Source: Nocardioides sp. CPCC 206347 (lineage in GTDB: Bacteria > Actinomycetota > Actinomycetes > Propionibacteriales > Nocardioidaceae). From it: a stretch of 32,000 bases of DNA. How positions within the stretch are numbered: the first letter of the stretch is position 1; each line of letters begins with the position of its first letter. The notes beneath the pieces were generated by a model. It was given only the letters and a program-made list of their open reading frames with translations, was not told the DNA's origin and did not search any database. Both the position numbers and the translations under genes were made by a program. The stretch is from the NCBI RefSeq assembly GCF_048654605.1, contig NZ_JBMCYZ010000006.1:29727-61726 (forward strand). The letters are read 5' to 3'. Shown one piece after another: positions 9,072 through 18,193 of the stretch.

Positions 9072-9751
9072 TCCGCAAGGCCGTCTCCCGGATCCCCGGC
9101 GTCGGGCAATGGGACGAGGACCCGCTCTGGGCGACGTTCTACGACTGGACCGTCGAGCACCCGCGCGCCGGTGGCGCCCTGTGGTGGGCCGGGATCAACA
9201 GCGACCTGACCCGCCTCTACAGGGCCGCCGCCGAGATCGGCGCACAACCCGCAGGCAAGCGGATCCTCGACATCCCCTGCGGCGGTGGCGTGGCCTTGCG
9301 TGGCCTCAAGCCCGGCCAGGGCGTCGAGTACGTCGCCGGCGACATCGCGCAGGCCATGCTGGACCGAACGATGCGGGCGGCCGAGGCGCGCGGGGTCGCC
9401 GACCAGGTCGTGCCCAGGATCGCCGACGTGGGCGACCTGCCGTTCGACACCGCCTCGTTCGACCTGGTCGTCACGTTCACCGGCCTGCACTGCTTCCCGG
9501 ACCCGGCCCGCGCCGTGGTCGAGATGGCGCGCGTGCTCAAGCCGGGCGGCGTGCTCACCGGCAGCGCCCTGCTCAACGACACCGGGTGGCGCTTCGAGCC
9601 GATGCGACGGATCGGGCGGATCGCCAGCGTGCTCGGGCCGGGCTGCACGAGCAACGACCTCCGGGGCTGGCTCGCCGGACAGGGGATCGCGGACGTCGTA
9701 CTCGAGAAGAGCGGAGCGATCGCCTACTTCCGGGGAGTCAAGCGCTCGTGA
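9068..9751 (+). CDS. Class I SAM-dependent methyltransferase
   Basis: GTG 9068 overlaps the ACOX stop (GTGA) within track ORF 8312-9751. Motif I ILDIPCGGGVALRGL. Post-I acidic residue and motif FDLVVTFTGLHCF..MARVLKPGGVL. Confidence 0.8.
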   Translation: MIRKAVSRIPGVGQWDEDPLWATFYDWTVEHPRAGGALWWAGINSDLTRLYRAAAEIGAQPAGKRILDIPCGGGVALRGLKPGQGVEYVAGDIAQAMLDRTMRAAEARGVADQVVPRIADVGDLPFDTASFDLVVTFTGLHCFPDPARAVVEMARVLKPGGVLTGSALLNDTGWRFEPMRRIGRIASVLGPGCTSNDLRGWLAGQGIADVVLEKSGAIAYFRGVKRS

Positions 9752-10314
9752 GGCGGTCCAGTGCCGCCCGGCGGGAGGCGATCTTCACGGCGTTGCGGGA
9801 CCTGCTCCTGGCCAAGCCGTGGGGAGACGTCACCCTCGAGGCCGTCGCGACCGACGCCGGGGTGAGCCGCCAGACCCTCTACAACTCGTTCGGATCGCGC
9901 TACGGCCTGGCGCAGGCCTACACGATCGCCCTGGCCGATGCCCTGTGCGACCTGATCGCCGACACCCTCGAGGAGCACCGCGACGACCCCCGCGCCGGCC
10001 TCGAGGCCGCGCTGCAGATCTACCTCGAGGTGTCCGCGACCGACCCGCTCATCCAGCGCGTACGCGCCGGCGACGCCCACCCGGACCTCGTCCAGCTGGT
10101 GACCGCCGACGCCCACACGCTGCTGACCCACGTCGCCTCCCGGATCGAGGCCGCCGTACGGGCCTCCTGGCCCGCCGTCGACGCCGACCGGCGCCGCACA
10201 CTGGCGCGCACCGTCGCCCGGATCGCGGTCAGCTTCGTCTCGATGCCCCCGGAGTACGACGACAGCCCGGCCGCCATCGCAACCGGGCTGTCCTCACTGC
10301 TTGCTCCCCACTAG
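9748..10314 (+). CDS. TetR/AcrR family transcriptional regulator
   Basis: GTG 9748 overlaps the methyltransferase stop (GTGA) within track ORF 9109-10314. N-terminal HTH: REAIFTALRDLLLAKPWGDVTLEAVATDAGVSRQTLYNSFGSRYGL. 188 aa. Confidence 0.85.
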   Translation: MRRSSAARREAIFTALRDLLLAKPWGDVTLEAVATDAGVSRQTLYNSFGSRYGLAQAYTIALADALCDLIADTLEEHRDDPRAGLEAALQIYLEVSATDPLIQRVRAGDAHPDLVQLVTADAHTLLTHVASRIEAAVRASWPAVDADRRRTLARTVARIAVSFVSMPPEYDDSPAAIATGLSSLLAPH

Positions 10315-10377
10315 CGCGACTTGGGGTTTGTCACCCGCGAGTTGGGGTTTGTCACCGTCGACTTGGGGTTTGTCACC
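10315..10377. repeat. Three tandem 21-bp units with an identical 15-bp core TTGGGGTTTGTCACC
   Basis: Core copies at 10321-10335, 10342-10356 and 10363-10377, an exact 21-bp period. The 6-nt spacers are cgcgac / cgcgag / gtcgac. The array starts 1 nt after the TetR stop codon (TAG 10312-10314). Confidence 0.95.
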
Positions 10378-10407
10378 GGCCGGCAGCGTGTCGAGAGGCG
10401 TCGTCCA

Positions 10408-10421
10408 GCGAGCTTGCTCGC
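10408..10421 (+). terminator. Small GC hairpin, possible terminator of the ACOX-MT-TetR unit
   Basis: gcgagc-tt-gctcgc inverted repeat. There is no U-tract, so function is an inference from its position in a convergent intergenic region. Confidence 0.25.
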
Positions 10422-10431
10422 CCGGATCATC

Positions 10432-10449
10432 GCCGAAGACACGTTCGGC
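10432..10449 (-). terminator. Hairpin just downstream of the ppa stop, possible ppa terminator
   Basis: gccgaa-gacacg-ttcggc (6-bp stem, 6-nt loop), 10 nt beyond the ppa stop on the minus strand. No U-tract. Confidence 0.3.
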
Positions 10450-10458
10450 CCATGGAAC

Positions 10459-10950
10459 TCAGTGCGGGTCGAGCTTGAAGCGCTCGAAGGAGGCGGCGAT
10501 CTCGGCCTCGGCCTCGACGCGGCCGACCCAGTCGGCGCCTTCGACGGACTTGCCGGGCTCGAGGTCCTTGTAGACCTCGAAGAAGTGCTGGATCTCGAGG
10601 CGGTCGAAGTTCGCCACGTGGTTGATGTCGCGCAGGTGCTCCATGCGCGGGTCACCCGCGGGGACGCACAGGACCTTGTCGTCGCCGCCGGCCTCGTCGG
10701 TCATCCGGAACATGCCGATCGCGCGACACTTGATCAGGATGCCCGGGAACGTCGGCTCCTGCAGCAGCACGAGGGCGTCGAGGGGGTCGCCGTCCTGGCC
10801 GAGGGTGTCCTCGATGTAGCCGTAGTCGGCGGGGTACATGGTCGAGGTGAAGAGGAACCGGTCGAGACGCATGCGTCCCGACTCGTGGTCGACCTCGTAC
10901 TTGTTGCGGCTCCCCTTGGGGATTTCCACGAGGACGTCGAATTCCAGCAC
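10459..10950 (-). CDS. ppa: Inorganic pyrophosphatase (family I)
   Basis: This is the 3' 492 nt of track ORF 10459-13971. GTG 10950 is preceded by GGAGGAAACCA. Sequence [62 protein letters not shown]...[12 protein letters not shown] is near-collinear with mycobacterial PPase as I recall it. 163 aa. Confidence 0.95.
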   Translation of the reverse strand: MLEFDVLVEIPKGSRNKYEVDHESGRMRLDRFLFTSTMYPADYGYIEDTLGQDGDPLDALVLLQEPTFPGILIKCRAIGMFRMTDEAGGDDKVLCVPAGDPRMEHLRDINHVANFDRLEIQHFFEVYKDLEPGKSVEGADWVGRVEAEAEIAASFERFKLDPH

Positions 10951-11088
10951 TGGTTTCCTCCACAAATTTCTGGCCCGGTTGTCGGGTCCGGCGGGGGCGG
11001 CCGCTGGTTCTTCAGGCCTGCCCCGCGTCGTTGTCGGCGCCATTGTCCCGCACAATGTCTCCGAACGTGCAGTCGGGGAGAGGGAAAA

Positions 11089-12567
11089 GTGGCGAGCAGC
11101 GACGAGGAGCGGGGTTCCGGACGCCTGAAGAGGGCGTTCGGTGGGTTCGTCGTGGTCGCACTCGTTGCCGCCGGCGGGGTCGCCTGGCAGACCGGATGGG
11201 CCGAGCAGCAGTGGGATGACTTCCGCAACGGGCAGTCGGGCGTGCCCGCCGACCCGGCCGCGGTGGCACCCCCTCCCGAGGTCGATGTACCGGACGTCGT
11301 ACTCCCGGGAGCGGTGGCCGACCCCGCCAACGGCCTGGGCCGACTGGATCCTGCGGCGCTGAAGCGGGCGCTGGGGGACCTCAACGACAAGGACCTGGGC
11401 GGCCACGTGCTCGCCGCGGTCGGCCCCCTCGATGGCACGACCATCGCGTACGGCAAGTCCGAGGGCGCCACCTCGGCGATCCCGGCCTCGACGACCAAGA
11501 TCGTCACGTCGGCGGTTGCCCTGTTCCTCCTCGGCGGGGATCACGTCTTCACGACCAGGACCGTTCTCGACCCGAGCGGTACGACGCCCACGCTGACCCT
11601 GGTCGGCGGTGGTGACCCGTTCCTCGCGTCGAGCGCGCCCAAGTCGGCCACGGGCGGTTCGGCGACCTTCGAGCCCAGGCGGGCCAGCATCCGGGCCCTC
11701 GCCCGCTCGACTGCCCAGGCGTTGCGGGCGGACGGCATCCGCTCGGTCCGGTTCGCCTACGACGACTCGCTGTTCTCCGGTCCGGCGATCAGCCCGACCT
11801 GGGAGCCGGGCTACGTGCCCGACGACATTGCGCCGATCACGGCGCTGTGGGTGGACCAGGGCCGCGACCCGAACGGCTCGGGACGGGTGATGAACCCGTC
11901 GGCCACCGCCGCGGAGGTGTTCCGCAAGGCGCTCGTCCGGTTCGGCGTCAAGGCAGCAGGCCCCACCGGCCACGCGGTCGCACCGGCGGCGGCGACCCCG
12001 GTCAGCTCGGTGAGCAGCCCGACCGTCGCGCAGATCGTCCAGCGCCTCATCGAGGTCAGTGACAACGCAGCTGCCGAGGTTCTGTTGCGCCAGATCGGCA
12101 TCGCCGACCAGGGCGCCGGATCGTTCGCGGCCGGGCAGGCCGGCGTGGAGCGGGTGCTTGCCGCGAACGGCGTCCCCTTCGGTGACTCCGTCCTGTACGA
12201 CGGCAGCGGGCTCTCGCGCGACAACCGGCTCGAACCCGCCGTACTCCTCGGTGTCCTGCGGTTGGCAGCCGCGGACGCCCACCCCCAGCTGCGGCCGTTG
12301 CTGGCGGCCCTGCCCGTCGCCGGCTTCACCGGCTCGCTCGCCCACCGGATGGACAAGGGCCCGGCGGCCGGGCGCGGGCGCGTGCGCGCCAAGACCGGCA
12401 CCCTGTCCAACGTGTCGTCGCTTGCCGGCATCGCGGTCGACCGCGACGGCAACCTGATGGCGTTCGCGTTCCTGGCCGACCGGATCAAGGGCCCCAAGGC
12501 GACGCTGGCGCAGACCGCGCTGGACAACGCGGCTGCCAGCCTGGGCGCCTGCGCCTGCGGCCAGTAG
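11089..12567 (+). CDS. dacB: D-alanyl-D-alanine carboxypeptidase/endopeptidase (PBP4 family)
   Basis: GTG 11089 with SD GGGGAGAGGG, inside track ORF 10321-12567. N-terminal membrane anchor [17 protein letters not shown]. Motifs SxxK (ASTTK), SxN region (SGLSRDN) and KTG (KTGTL). Confidence 0.85.
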   Translation: MASSDEERGSGRLKRAFGGFVVVALVAAGGVAWQTGWAEQQWDDFRNGQSGVPADPAAVAPPPEVDVPDVVLPGAVADPANGLGRLDPAALKRALGDLNDKDLGGHVLAAVGPLDGTTIAYGKSEGATSAIPASTTKIVTSAVALFLLGGDHVFTTRTVLDPSGTTPTLTLVGGGDPFLASSAPKSATGGSATFEPRRASIRALARSTAQALRADGIRSVRFAYDDSLFSGPAISPTWEPGYVPDDIAPITALWVDQGRDPNGSGRVMNPSATAAEVFRKALVRFGVKAAGPTGHAVAPAAATPVSSVSSPTVAQIVQRLIEVSDNAAAEVLLRQIGIADQGAGSFAAGQAGVERVLAANGVPFGDSVLYDGSGLSRDNRLEPAVLLGVLRLAAADAHPQLRPLLAALPVAGFTGSLAHRMDKGPAAGRGRVRAKTGTLSNVSSLAGIAVDRDGNLMAFAFLADRIKGPKATLAQTALDNAAASLGACACGQ

Positions 12568-12569
12568 CG

Positions 12570-12685
12570 CACGAAGTGTGGCTCGTGGGGTCACGAAGTG
12601 TGGCTCGTGGGGCCGCGAAGTGTCATTGATCGGGCGCCCCGTCCGCAACGCCCACACTTCGCACCCCCAATTGCCACACTTCGTG
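12570..12685. repeat. Composite array of five ~22-nt units sharing CGAAGTGTGG, three direct then two inverted
   Basis: Direct units: CACGAAGTGTGGCTCGTGGGG at 12570-12590 and an identical copy at 12592-12612, plus a degenerate third (cGCGAAGTGTcattgatcggg, from 12614). Inverted units: ccCACACTTCGCac (12651-12664) and GCCACACTTCGTG (12673-12685). 12592-12604 is perfectly complementary to 12673-12685 (13 bp). GCGAAGTGT is perfectly complementary to ACACTTCGC (9 bp). Confidence 0.9.
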
Positions 12686-12698
12686 GGCGGCCTACGCT
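12671..12698 (+). promoter_or_regulatory. Predicted sigma-70-type promoter of the metalloprotease-tilS-hpt unit (leaderless)
   Basis: TTGCCA (12671-12676), 16-nt spacer, TACGCT (12693-12698), then 7 nt to ATG 12706. There is no SD before the ATG. The spacer is occupied by an inverted repeat unit. Confidence 0.4.
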
Positions 12699-12705
12699 TC
12701 CTTCC

Positions 12706-13755
12706 ATGCCCGAGCCGACCGCTGAACTCCCCCCGATGATCGATTGGGACCTCGCGGTGTCCCTCGGCTCGCGCCTGGCGGGGGAGGGACCGGTGGTGTC
12801 GCGGACCGAGGCCGACGACGCCGTCGCGGAGCTGCGGGCGGGCGCGAACCGCTCGACCGGGCTGGTGCGGGAGTTCACCGGCCTCGACGCCCCCGACGGG
12901 ACGGCCCCGATCCTGGTGGTCGACCGCCGCGGCTGGGTGCAGGCCAACGCGGAGGGTTTTGCGATCGCGACCCGCCCGATGGTCGAGAAGATGGTGGAGT
13001 CCAAGCCCCCCGGCAAGCTGGCGGTCAAGGTGGGTTCCAAGATCACCGGTGCCGAGGTCGGTGGCCTGCTCGGCTTCCTGGCCGGCAAGGTGCTCGGCCA
13101 GTTCGACCCGTTCCACGAACCGCACGGCCGGCTGCTCCTCGTCGCGCCGAACATCGTGCACGTGGAGCGCGAGCTCGAGGTCGACCCGCACGACTTCCGC
13201 CTCTGGGTCTGCCTCCACGAGGAGACCCACCGCGTGCAGTTCACGGCGGTGCCGTGGATGCGTGAGCACCTGTTCTCCGAGATCGCCGCGATCAGCGACG
13301 CGGTCGACCCCAGCAGCTTCATCGACGGCGGCCTCGAACGCATCACCGAGGCGATCAAGTCCGCGCGCAACGGCGGCAGCATCGTGGACATGTTCAGCAC
13401 CCCCGAGCAGCGCGAGATCCTGGACCGGGTCACCGGCATGATGTCGTTGCTCGAGGGCCACGCGGACGTCGTCATGGACGACGTCGGGCCGAGCGTGATC
13501 CCCAGCGTCGAGAAGATCCGCGCGAAGTTCACCCAGCGCCGCAAGGGCGTCGGCACCCTGGACCGGCTGCTGCGCCGCCTGCTCGGCCTCGAGGCGAAGA
13601 TGGCGCAGTACCGCGACGGCGCCCAGTTCGTCCGCGCCGTCGTCGACAAGGTCGGCATGGAGGAGTTCAACGCCGTGTGGGCCGGTCCGGAGAACCTCCC
13701 GAGCAAGGCCGAGCTGAGCGACCCCGAGGGCTGGGTCCGCCGCGTCCTCAGCTGA
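12706..13755 (+). CDS. Zinc-dependent metalloprotease (DUF2342-type, conserved upstream of tilS in actinobacteria)
   Basis: ATG 12706 within track ORF 12598-13755; the upstream part of that ORF runs through the repeat array. HExxH motif in [11 protein letters not shown]. The synteny dacB-[this]-tilS-hpt-ftsH is as in mycobacteria. Confidence 0.8.
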   Translation: MPEPTAELPPMIDWDLAVSLGSRLAGEGPVVSRTEADDAVAELRAGANRSTGLVREFTGLDAPDGTAPILVVDRRGWVQANAEGFAIATRPMVEKMVESKPPGKLAVKVGSKITGAEVGGLLGFLAGKVLGQFDPFHEPHGRLLLVAPNIVHVERELEVDPHDFRLWVCLHEETHRVQFTAVPWMREHLFSEIAAISDAVDPSSFIDGGLERITEAIKSARNGGSIVDMFSTPEQREILDRVTGMMSLLEGHADVVMDDVGPSVIPSVEKIRAKFTQRRKGVGTLDRLLRRLLGLEAKMAQYRDGAQFVRAVVDKVGMEEFNAVWAGPENLPSKAELSDPEGWVRRVLS

Positions 13756-14756
13756 TGACGCTCCACCCCGCCGTCGCTGCTGTACGACGGGCGATCCGCG
13801 ACGACGTCCGTCGCGCGCCCGGTGGGGCGGTGCTGGTCGCCTGCTCGGGCGGCGCGGATTCGCTCGCGCTCCTGGCGGGCACCGTGTTCGAGGCGCGCAA
13901 GCGCGAATGGCACGTCGTCGGTGTGACCGTCGACCACGGACTGCAGGACGACTCGGCTGACCATGCTGCACATGTCGTCGAGCAGATGGTCCGCCTCGGG
14001 GTGCACGAGACCGTGAGCGTCCGGGTCAACGTCGTGGCCACGGACACCGGACCCGAGGCAGCGGCGCGTGAAGCGAGGTATGCCGTCCTGGCAGAGGTCG
14101 CCGACCGGTTCGGGTCGAGCCCGGTCCTGCTCGGCCACACGCGCGACGACCAGGCCGAGACGGTCCTGATGGGGCTTGCGCGCGGCAGCGGCGCCCGGTC
14201 GCTGTCCGGGATGCGCCGGTCCTTCGACCGGTACCGACGACCGCTGCTCGACATCACACGCGCGGAGACCGAGGCAGCGTGCGTCGCCGAGGGCATCGAG
14301 TTCTGGACCGATCCCCACAACAGCGACCCCCGCTTCCTGCGTTCGCGGGTGCGGCACACCGTCCTGCCGATGCTGGAGGCCGAGCTCGGGCCGGGCATCG
14401 CTGCGACGCTGGCCCGTACGGCCGACCAGCTGCGTCACGACACCTACGCGCTCGACGAGATGGCTGCCCGCGTCCTGCGAGAGGTGGACGAGGCGGACGA
14501 GGACGCGGAGCACCACCTCGTCAGGACGGGCTGGCTGGAGACCTATCCCGCCGCGATCATCAGTCGGGTGCTCCGCACGGTCGCCCTCGAGGCGGGCTGT
14601 CCGCCGTCGGAGCTCTTCGCCGTCCACATCGACGCGATGTTCGATCTCGTGTACGGACATGGCCACCACGACAGGCAGGTCCAACTGCCCGGCAAGGTCA
14701 CCGCGTATCGCGACGGCTCCCACCTCCGGTTCCGCCCCACCGCTGTGGCAGGCTGA
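13755..14756 (+). CDS. tilS: tRNA(Ile)-lysidine synthetase
   Basis: ATG 13755 overlaps the preceding stop by 1 nt. PP-loop VACSGGADS. Also [17 protein letters not shown] and WTDPHN motifs. 333 aa. Confidence 0.9.
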   Translation: MTLHPAVAAVRRAIRDDVRRAPGGAVLVACSGGADSLALLAGTVFEARKREWHVVGVTVDHGLQDDSADHAAHVVEQMVRLGVHETVSVRVNVVATDTGPEAAAREARYAVLAEVADRFGSSPVLLGHTRDDQAETVLMGLARGSGARSLSGMRRSFDRYRRPLLDITRAETEAACVAEGIEFWTDPHNSDPRFLRSRVRHTVLPMLEAELGPGIAATLARTADQLRHDTYALDEMAARVLREVDEADEDAEHHLVRTGWLETYPAAIISRVLRTVALEAGCPPSELFAVHIDAMFDLVYGHGHHDRQVQLPGKVTAYRDGSHLRFRPTAVAG

Positions 14757-14761
14757 CGCCC

Positions 14762-15313
14762 ATGGACGCAGCAGACGTCGGCAACGACCTGGTCGAGGTG
14801 CTCTTCACCGAGGCCCAGATCCAGGCCCGGATCGCCGAGATGGCCGCCGTGATCGACCGCGACTACGACGGCAAGGACCTCGTCCTGGTCGGCGTGCTGC
14901 GCGGTGCGGTGATGGTCATGGCCGACCTGTCCCGCGCCCTCACGAAGCATGTCGAGATGGACTGGATGGCCGTGTCGTCGTACGGCTCGGGGACGAAGTC
15001 CTCCGGTGTGGTGCGGATCCTCAAGGACCTCGACGCCGACATCACCGGCCGCCACGTCCTGATCGTCGACGAGATCATCGACACCGGCCTGACCCTGTCG
15101 TGGCTGACCTCCAACCTGGGCTCCCGCGGCCCGGCGAGCGTCGAGATCGCCACCCTGCTGCGCAAGCCCGAGGCGCTGACCATGCCCATCGAGGCCAAGT
15201 ACGTCGGCTGGGACATCCCCAACGAGTTCGTCGTCGGCTACGGCCTCGACTACCGCGAGAAGTACCGGAACCTGCGCGACATCGGCACCCTCTCCCCTTC
15301 CGTCTACTCCTGA
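14762..15313 (+). CDS. hpt: Hypoxanthine phosphoribosyltransferase
   Basis: ATG 14762 within track ORF 14279-15313. PRPP-binding motif VLIVDEIIDTGLTL. GYGLDYREKYRNL near the C-terminus. 183 aa. Confidence 0.95.
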   Translation: MDAADVGNDLVEVLFTEAQIQARIAEMAAVIDRDYDGKDLVLVGVLRGAVMVMADLSRALTKHVEMDWMAVSSYGSGTKSSGVVRILKDLDADITGRHVLIVDEIIDTGLTLSWLTSNLGSRGPASVEIATLLRKPEALTMPIEAKYVGWDIPNEFVVGYGLDYREKYRNLRDIGTLSPSVYS

Positions 15314-15476
15314 GCGACCCGCAGAAGCGGGAACCAGCGACCCCTCCCCGTACGTTGGCTGCACGGGACCTCGACGGGCCCCGTGTTCCGGTCACCATGG
15401 ACCGGACAGAATGGTCGGACTGTCGACGTGTACCGTCGACTGATCCTGATGGTGGAGATGGGGAGCGAGTAAGTCT

Positions 15477-17549
15477 GTGAAGCGCGTTTTCAGGGGGCCT
15501 TGGCTCTGGATCGTGGTGGCGGTGTTCGCCGTGGTCCTCGCCCTGCAGTTGCTCGCGCCCGGTGGAGGGTACGACGAGGTCCAGACCTCCCAGCTGTCGA
15601 AGTACATCGACAAGGGCCAGGTCAAGGACATCACCTTCATCGACGGTGACCAGTCCATCGAGGCCACCCTCGACAAGGGCACCCGCGAGTCCGGCGACAA
15701 GGTGCTGGCCTACTACATCCAGGGCCAGCAGGAGACGCTGCTCGCCGCTGTCGACGAGCAGGTCGCCAAGGGCACCATCGAGAAGGCCAACTCGAAGAAC
15801 CCCAAGCCCAGCCTGCTCGGCTCGATCCTCGCGACGCTGCTGCCGTTCGCCCTGATCATCTTGCTGTTCATCTTCTTGATGAACAACGTGCAGGGTGGCG
15901 GCAAGGGCGTCATGCAGTTCGGCAAGTCCAAGGCCAAGATGATCAGCAAGGACATGCCCAAGACCACGTTCGCCGACGTCGCTGGTTGCGACGAGGCGAT
16001 CGAGGAGCTCGGCGAGATCAAGGAGTTCCTCCAGGAACCCGCCAAGTTCCAGGCCGTGGGCGCCAAGATCCCCAAGGGCGTGCTGCTCTACGGCTCGCCC
16101 GGTACGGGCAAGACGCTGCTCGCCCGCGCCGTCGCCGGTGAGGCCGGCGTGCCGTTCTACTCGATCTCCGGCTCGGACTTCGTCGAGATGTTCGTCGGTG
16201 TCGGTGCCTCGCGTGTTCGTGACCTGTTCGAGCAGGCCAAGGAGAACGCCCCCGCCATCGTCTTCATCGACGAGATCGATGCCGTCGGTCGCCACCGCGG
16301 CGCCGGCATGGGTGGCGGTCACGACGAGCGCGAGCAGACCCTCAACCAGCTCCTCGTGGAGATGGACGGCTTCGACGTCCGCGGTGGCGTCATCCTGATC
16401 GCCGCGACGAACCGTCCCGACGTGCTCGACCCGGCGCTGCTGCGCCCGGGTCGCTTCGACCGCCAGATCCCCGTCGACGCGCCCGACCTGGCCGGCCGCA
16501 AGCAGATCCTCGACGTGCACTCGCGGGGCAAGCCGCTCTACACCGACGTGGACCTGATGGCTGTTGCCCGTCGTACGCCCGGCTTCTCGGGTGCCGACCT
16601 GGCCAACGTGCTCAACGAGGCCGCGCTGCTCACCGCGCGCAACAACAAGAAGGTCATCGACGCGGCCACGCTCGACGAGGCGATCGACCGCGTCATCGCG
16701 GGCCCGCAGCGTCGTACCCGCCTGATGACCGAGAAGGAAAAGCTCATCACCGCCTACCACGAGGGCGGCCACGCCCTCGTCGCAGCGGCGCTCCCGGGCG
16801 GCGACCCGGTCCACAAGATCACGATCCTGCCGCGCGGCCGCGCCCTCGGGTACACGATGGTGCTGCCGGACGAGGACAAGTACTCCCAGACCCGCTCGGA
16901 GATGCTCGACAAGCTCGCCTACATGCTGGGCGGCCGGGCGGCGGAGGAGATGGTCTTCCACGACCCGACCACCGGCGCCGGCAACGACATCGAGAAGGCG
17001 ACCAGCGTCGCCCGCGCGATGGTCACCCAGTACGGCATGACCGAGCGCCTCGGCGCGATCAAGCTCGGCGAGGCCGCCGGCGAGCCGTTCATGGGTCGCG
17101 ACATGGGCCATGGCCGGGGCTACTCCGAGGACGTCGCCGCGATCATCGACGAGGAGACCAAGCTGCTCCTCACCGGCGCCCACCAGGAAGCCTTCGACAT
17201 CCTGGTCGAGAACCGCGACGTGCTCGACCAGCTCGTCCTCGCGCTGCTCGACAAGGAGACGCTCGACAAGGCCGAGGTCGCGGAGATCTTCACCGCACTG
17301 CGGCTGCGTCCGCGTCGTCCGGCCTGGACCGGCTCGCCGACCCGCATCCCCTCGGACATCCCCCCGGTGGAGATCCCCGAGGAGATCCGCCGCCGGGCCG
17401 AGCAGAACGGCCTCGCGGTCAACGGAGCACCCGAGCCGGAGGGTGGGCAGATCCTGACGCCGCCCGGTCCCGACGGTGACGTCCACGGCGGACCTCCGAT
17501 CGTTCCGCCGAACGAACCGCAGCCGCCGACCCCCTCTGCTGGCACCTGA
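15477..17549 (+). CDS. ftsH: ATP-dependent zinc metalloprotease FtsH
   Basis: 690-aa ORF with two N-terminal TM segments. AAA+ Walker A GSPGTGKT, Walker [10 protein letters not shown] and SRH region. Zn site HEGGHALV. Pro-rich C-terminal tail. Confidence 0.97.
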   Translation: MKRVFRGPWLWIVVAVFAVVLALQLLAPGGGYDEVQTSQLSKYIDKGQVKDITFIDGDQSIEATLDKGTRESGDKVLAYYIQGQQETLLAAVDEQVAKGTIEKANSKNPKPSLLGSILATLLPFALIILLFIFLMNNVQGGGKGVMQFGKSKAKMISKDMPKTTFADVAGCDEAIEELGEIKEFLQEPAKFQAVGAKIPKGVLLYGSPGTGKTLLARAVAGEAGVPFYSISGSDFVEMFVGVGASRVRDLFEQAKENAPAIVFIDEIDAVGRHRGAGMGGGHDEREQTLNQLLVEMDGFDVRGGVILIAATNRPDVLDPALLRPGRFDRQIPVDAPDLAGRKQILDVHSRGKPLYTDVDLMAVARRTPGFSGADLANVLNEAALLTARNNKKVIDAATLDEAIDRVIAGPQRRTRLMTEKEKLITAYHEGGHALVAAALPGGDPVHKITILPRGRALGYTMVLPDEDKYSQTRSEMLDKLAYMLGGRAAEEMVFHDPTTGAGNDIEKATSVARAMVTQYGMTERLGAIKLGEAAGEPFMGRDMGHGRGYSEDVAAIIDEETKLLLTGAHQEAFDILVENRDVLDQLVLALLDKETLDKAEVAEIFTALRLRPRRPAWTGSPTRIPSDIPPVEIPEEIRRRAEQNGLAVNGAPEPEGGQILTPPGPDGDVHGGPPIVPPNEPQPPTPSAGT

Positions 17550-17561
17550 CAAGGGACCCTC

Positions 17562-18179
17562 ATGGCCGATCCGATCACCGTCCCCGAGCGGGACCGCGAC
17601 GACGTGCCCGCGTTCGACCACGACCGGGCCGAGGCCGCCGTCCGGGAGCTGCTCGCAGCGATCGGGGAGGACCCCGACCGCGAGGGCCTGCGGGAGACGC
17701 CGGCCCGCGTGGCCAGGGCGTACGCCGAACTGACCTCCGGACTGCGGATGACTGCTTCCGACGTCCTCACGACGACGTTCGACATCGGTCATGACGAGAT
17801 GGTGCTGGTCCGTGACATCGAGCTGTGGTCGATGTGCGAGCACCACCTGGTGCCGTTCACCGGCGTCGCCCATGTCGGCTACATCCCTGCCGAGAGTGGC
17901 AAGATCACCGGCCTGTCCAAGCTGGCGCGGCTCGTCGACGTCTATGCCAAGCGACCCCAGGTCCAGGAGCGGCTCACCACCCAGGTGGCGGACTCGCTGA
18001 TGGAGCTGCTCGACGCCCGCGGCGTGATCGTGGTCATCGAGGCCGAGCACCTCTGCATGACGATGCGCGGCGTCCGCAAGGCCGGAGCCCGCACGATCAC
18101 CTCGGCGATCCGCGGTTCCATGCACAACCCGGCGACCCGAGCCGAGGCGATGAGCCTCATCATGCACGGGACCCGGTAG
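17562..18179 (+). CDS. folE: GTP cyclohydrolase I
   Basis: 205-aa ORF. Motifs [13 protein letters not shown] and [14 protein letters not shown]. Canonical position after ftsH. Confidence 0.95.
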   Translation: MADPITVPERDRDDVPAFDHDRAEAAVRELLAAIGEDPDREGLRETPARVARAYAELTSGLRMTASDVLTTTFDIGHDEMVLVRDIELWSMCEHHLVPFTGVAHVGYIPAESGKITGLSKLARLVDVYAKRPQVQERLTTQVADSLMELLDARGVIVVIEAEHLCMTMRGVRKAGARTITSAIRGSMHNPATRAEAMSLIMHGTR

Positions 18180-18193
18180 GCCAGCACGCCCCG

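Noticed and set aside
10315-10377. CRISPR array or the 12570-12685 array as CRISPR
   Set aside because: The units are 15-22 nt with 1-6 nt spacers, there are only 3-5 copies, and no cas genes are present. This is not CRISPR architecture.
10321-11088. N-terminal extension of the dacB ORF encoding MGFVTRELGFVTVDLGFVTG (the 21-bp repeats read as a 7-aa peptide repeat)
   Set aside because: The extension is antisense to the whole of ppa and has no SD. The repeats sit in a convergent intergenic gap. dacB has a proper GTG plus SD at 11089 followed by a membrane anchor.
10321-12685. Repeat cores as DnaA boxes (TTGTCACC / TGTGGC resemble TTGTCCACA) or as a RecA-NDp (PafBC) promoter motif
   Set aside because: Each match requires an indel or mismatches in the core. 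No TANNNT lies at the required distance for RecA-NDp. The locus is not near dnaA/dnaN. I consider the resemblance coincidental.
10951-13971. Upstream 3 kb of the 1170-aa minus-strand ORF 10459-13971
   Set aside because: Only the last 492 nt (ppa, with its own GTG plus a strong SD) make a real protein. The remainder is antisense to dacB, the metalloprotease and tilS, and reads as Arg/Pro/Gly-rich noise.
12591-14723. 710-aa minus-strand ORF
   Set aside because: It is antisense to the metalloprotease and tilS. It has no motifs and a biased composition. It is the same GC artefact.
15397-15480. 27-codon upstream ORF as a real leader-peptide gene of ftsH
   Set aside because: There is no SD or -10 in front of its ATG, and ftsH has its own SD. 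It is kept only as a note inside the ftsH-leader finding.
15075-18167. 1030-aa ORF on the minus strand opposite hpt 3' end, ftsH and folE
   Set aside because: It is the antisense frame of unmistakable ftsH/folE coding sequence. Its translation is low-complexity and R/G/D/H/A-rich with no recognisable motif. Stop-free antisense frames are expected when sense codons are GC3-saturated.
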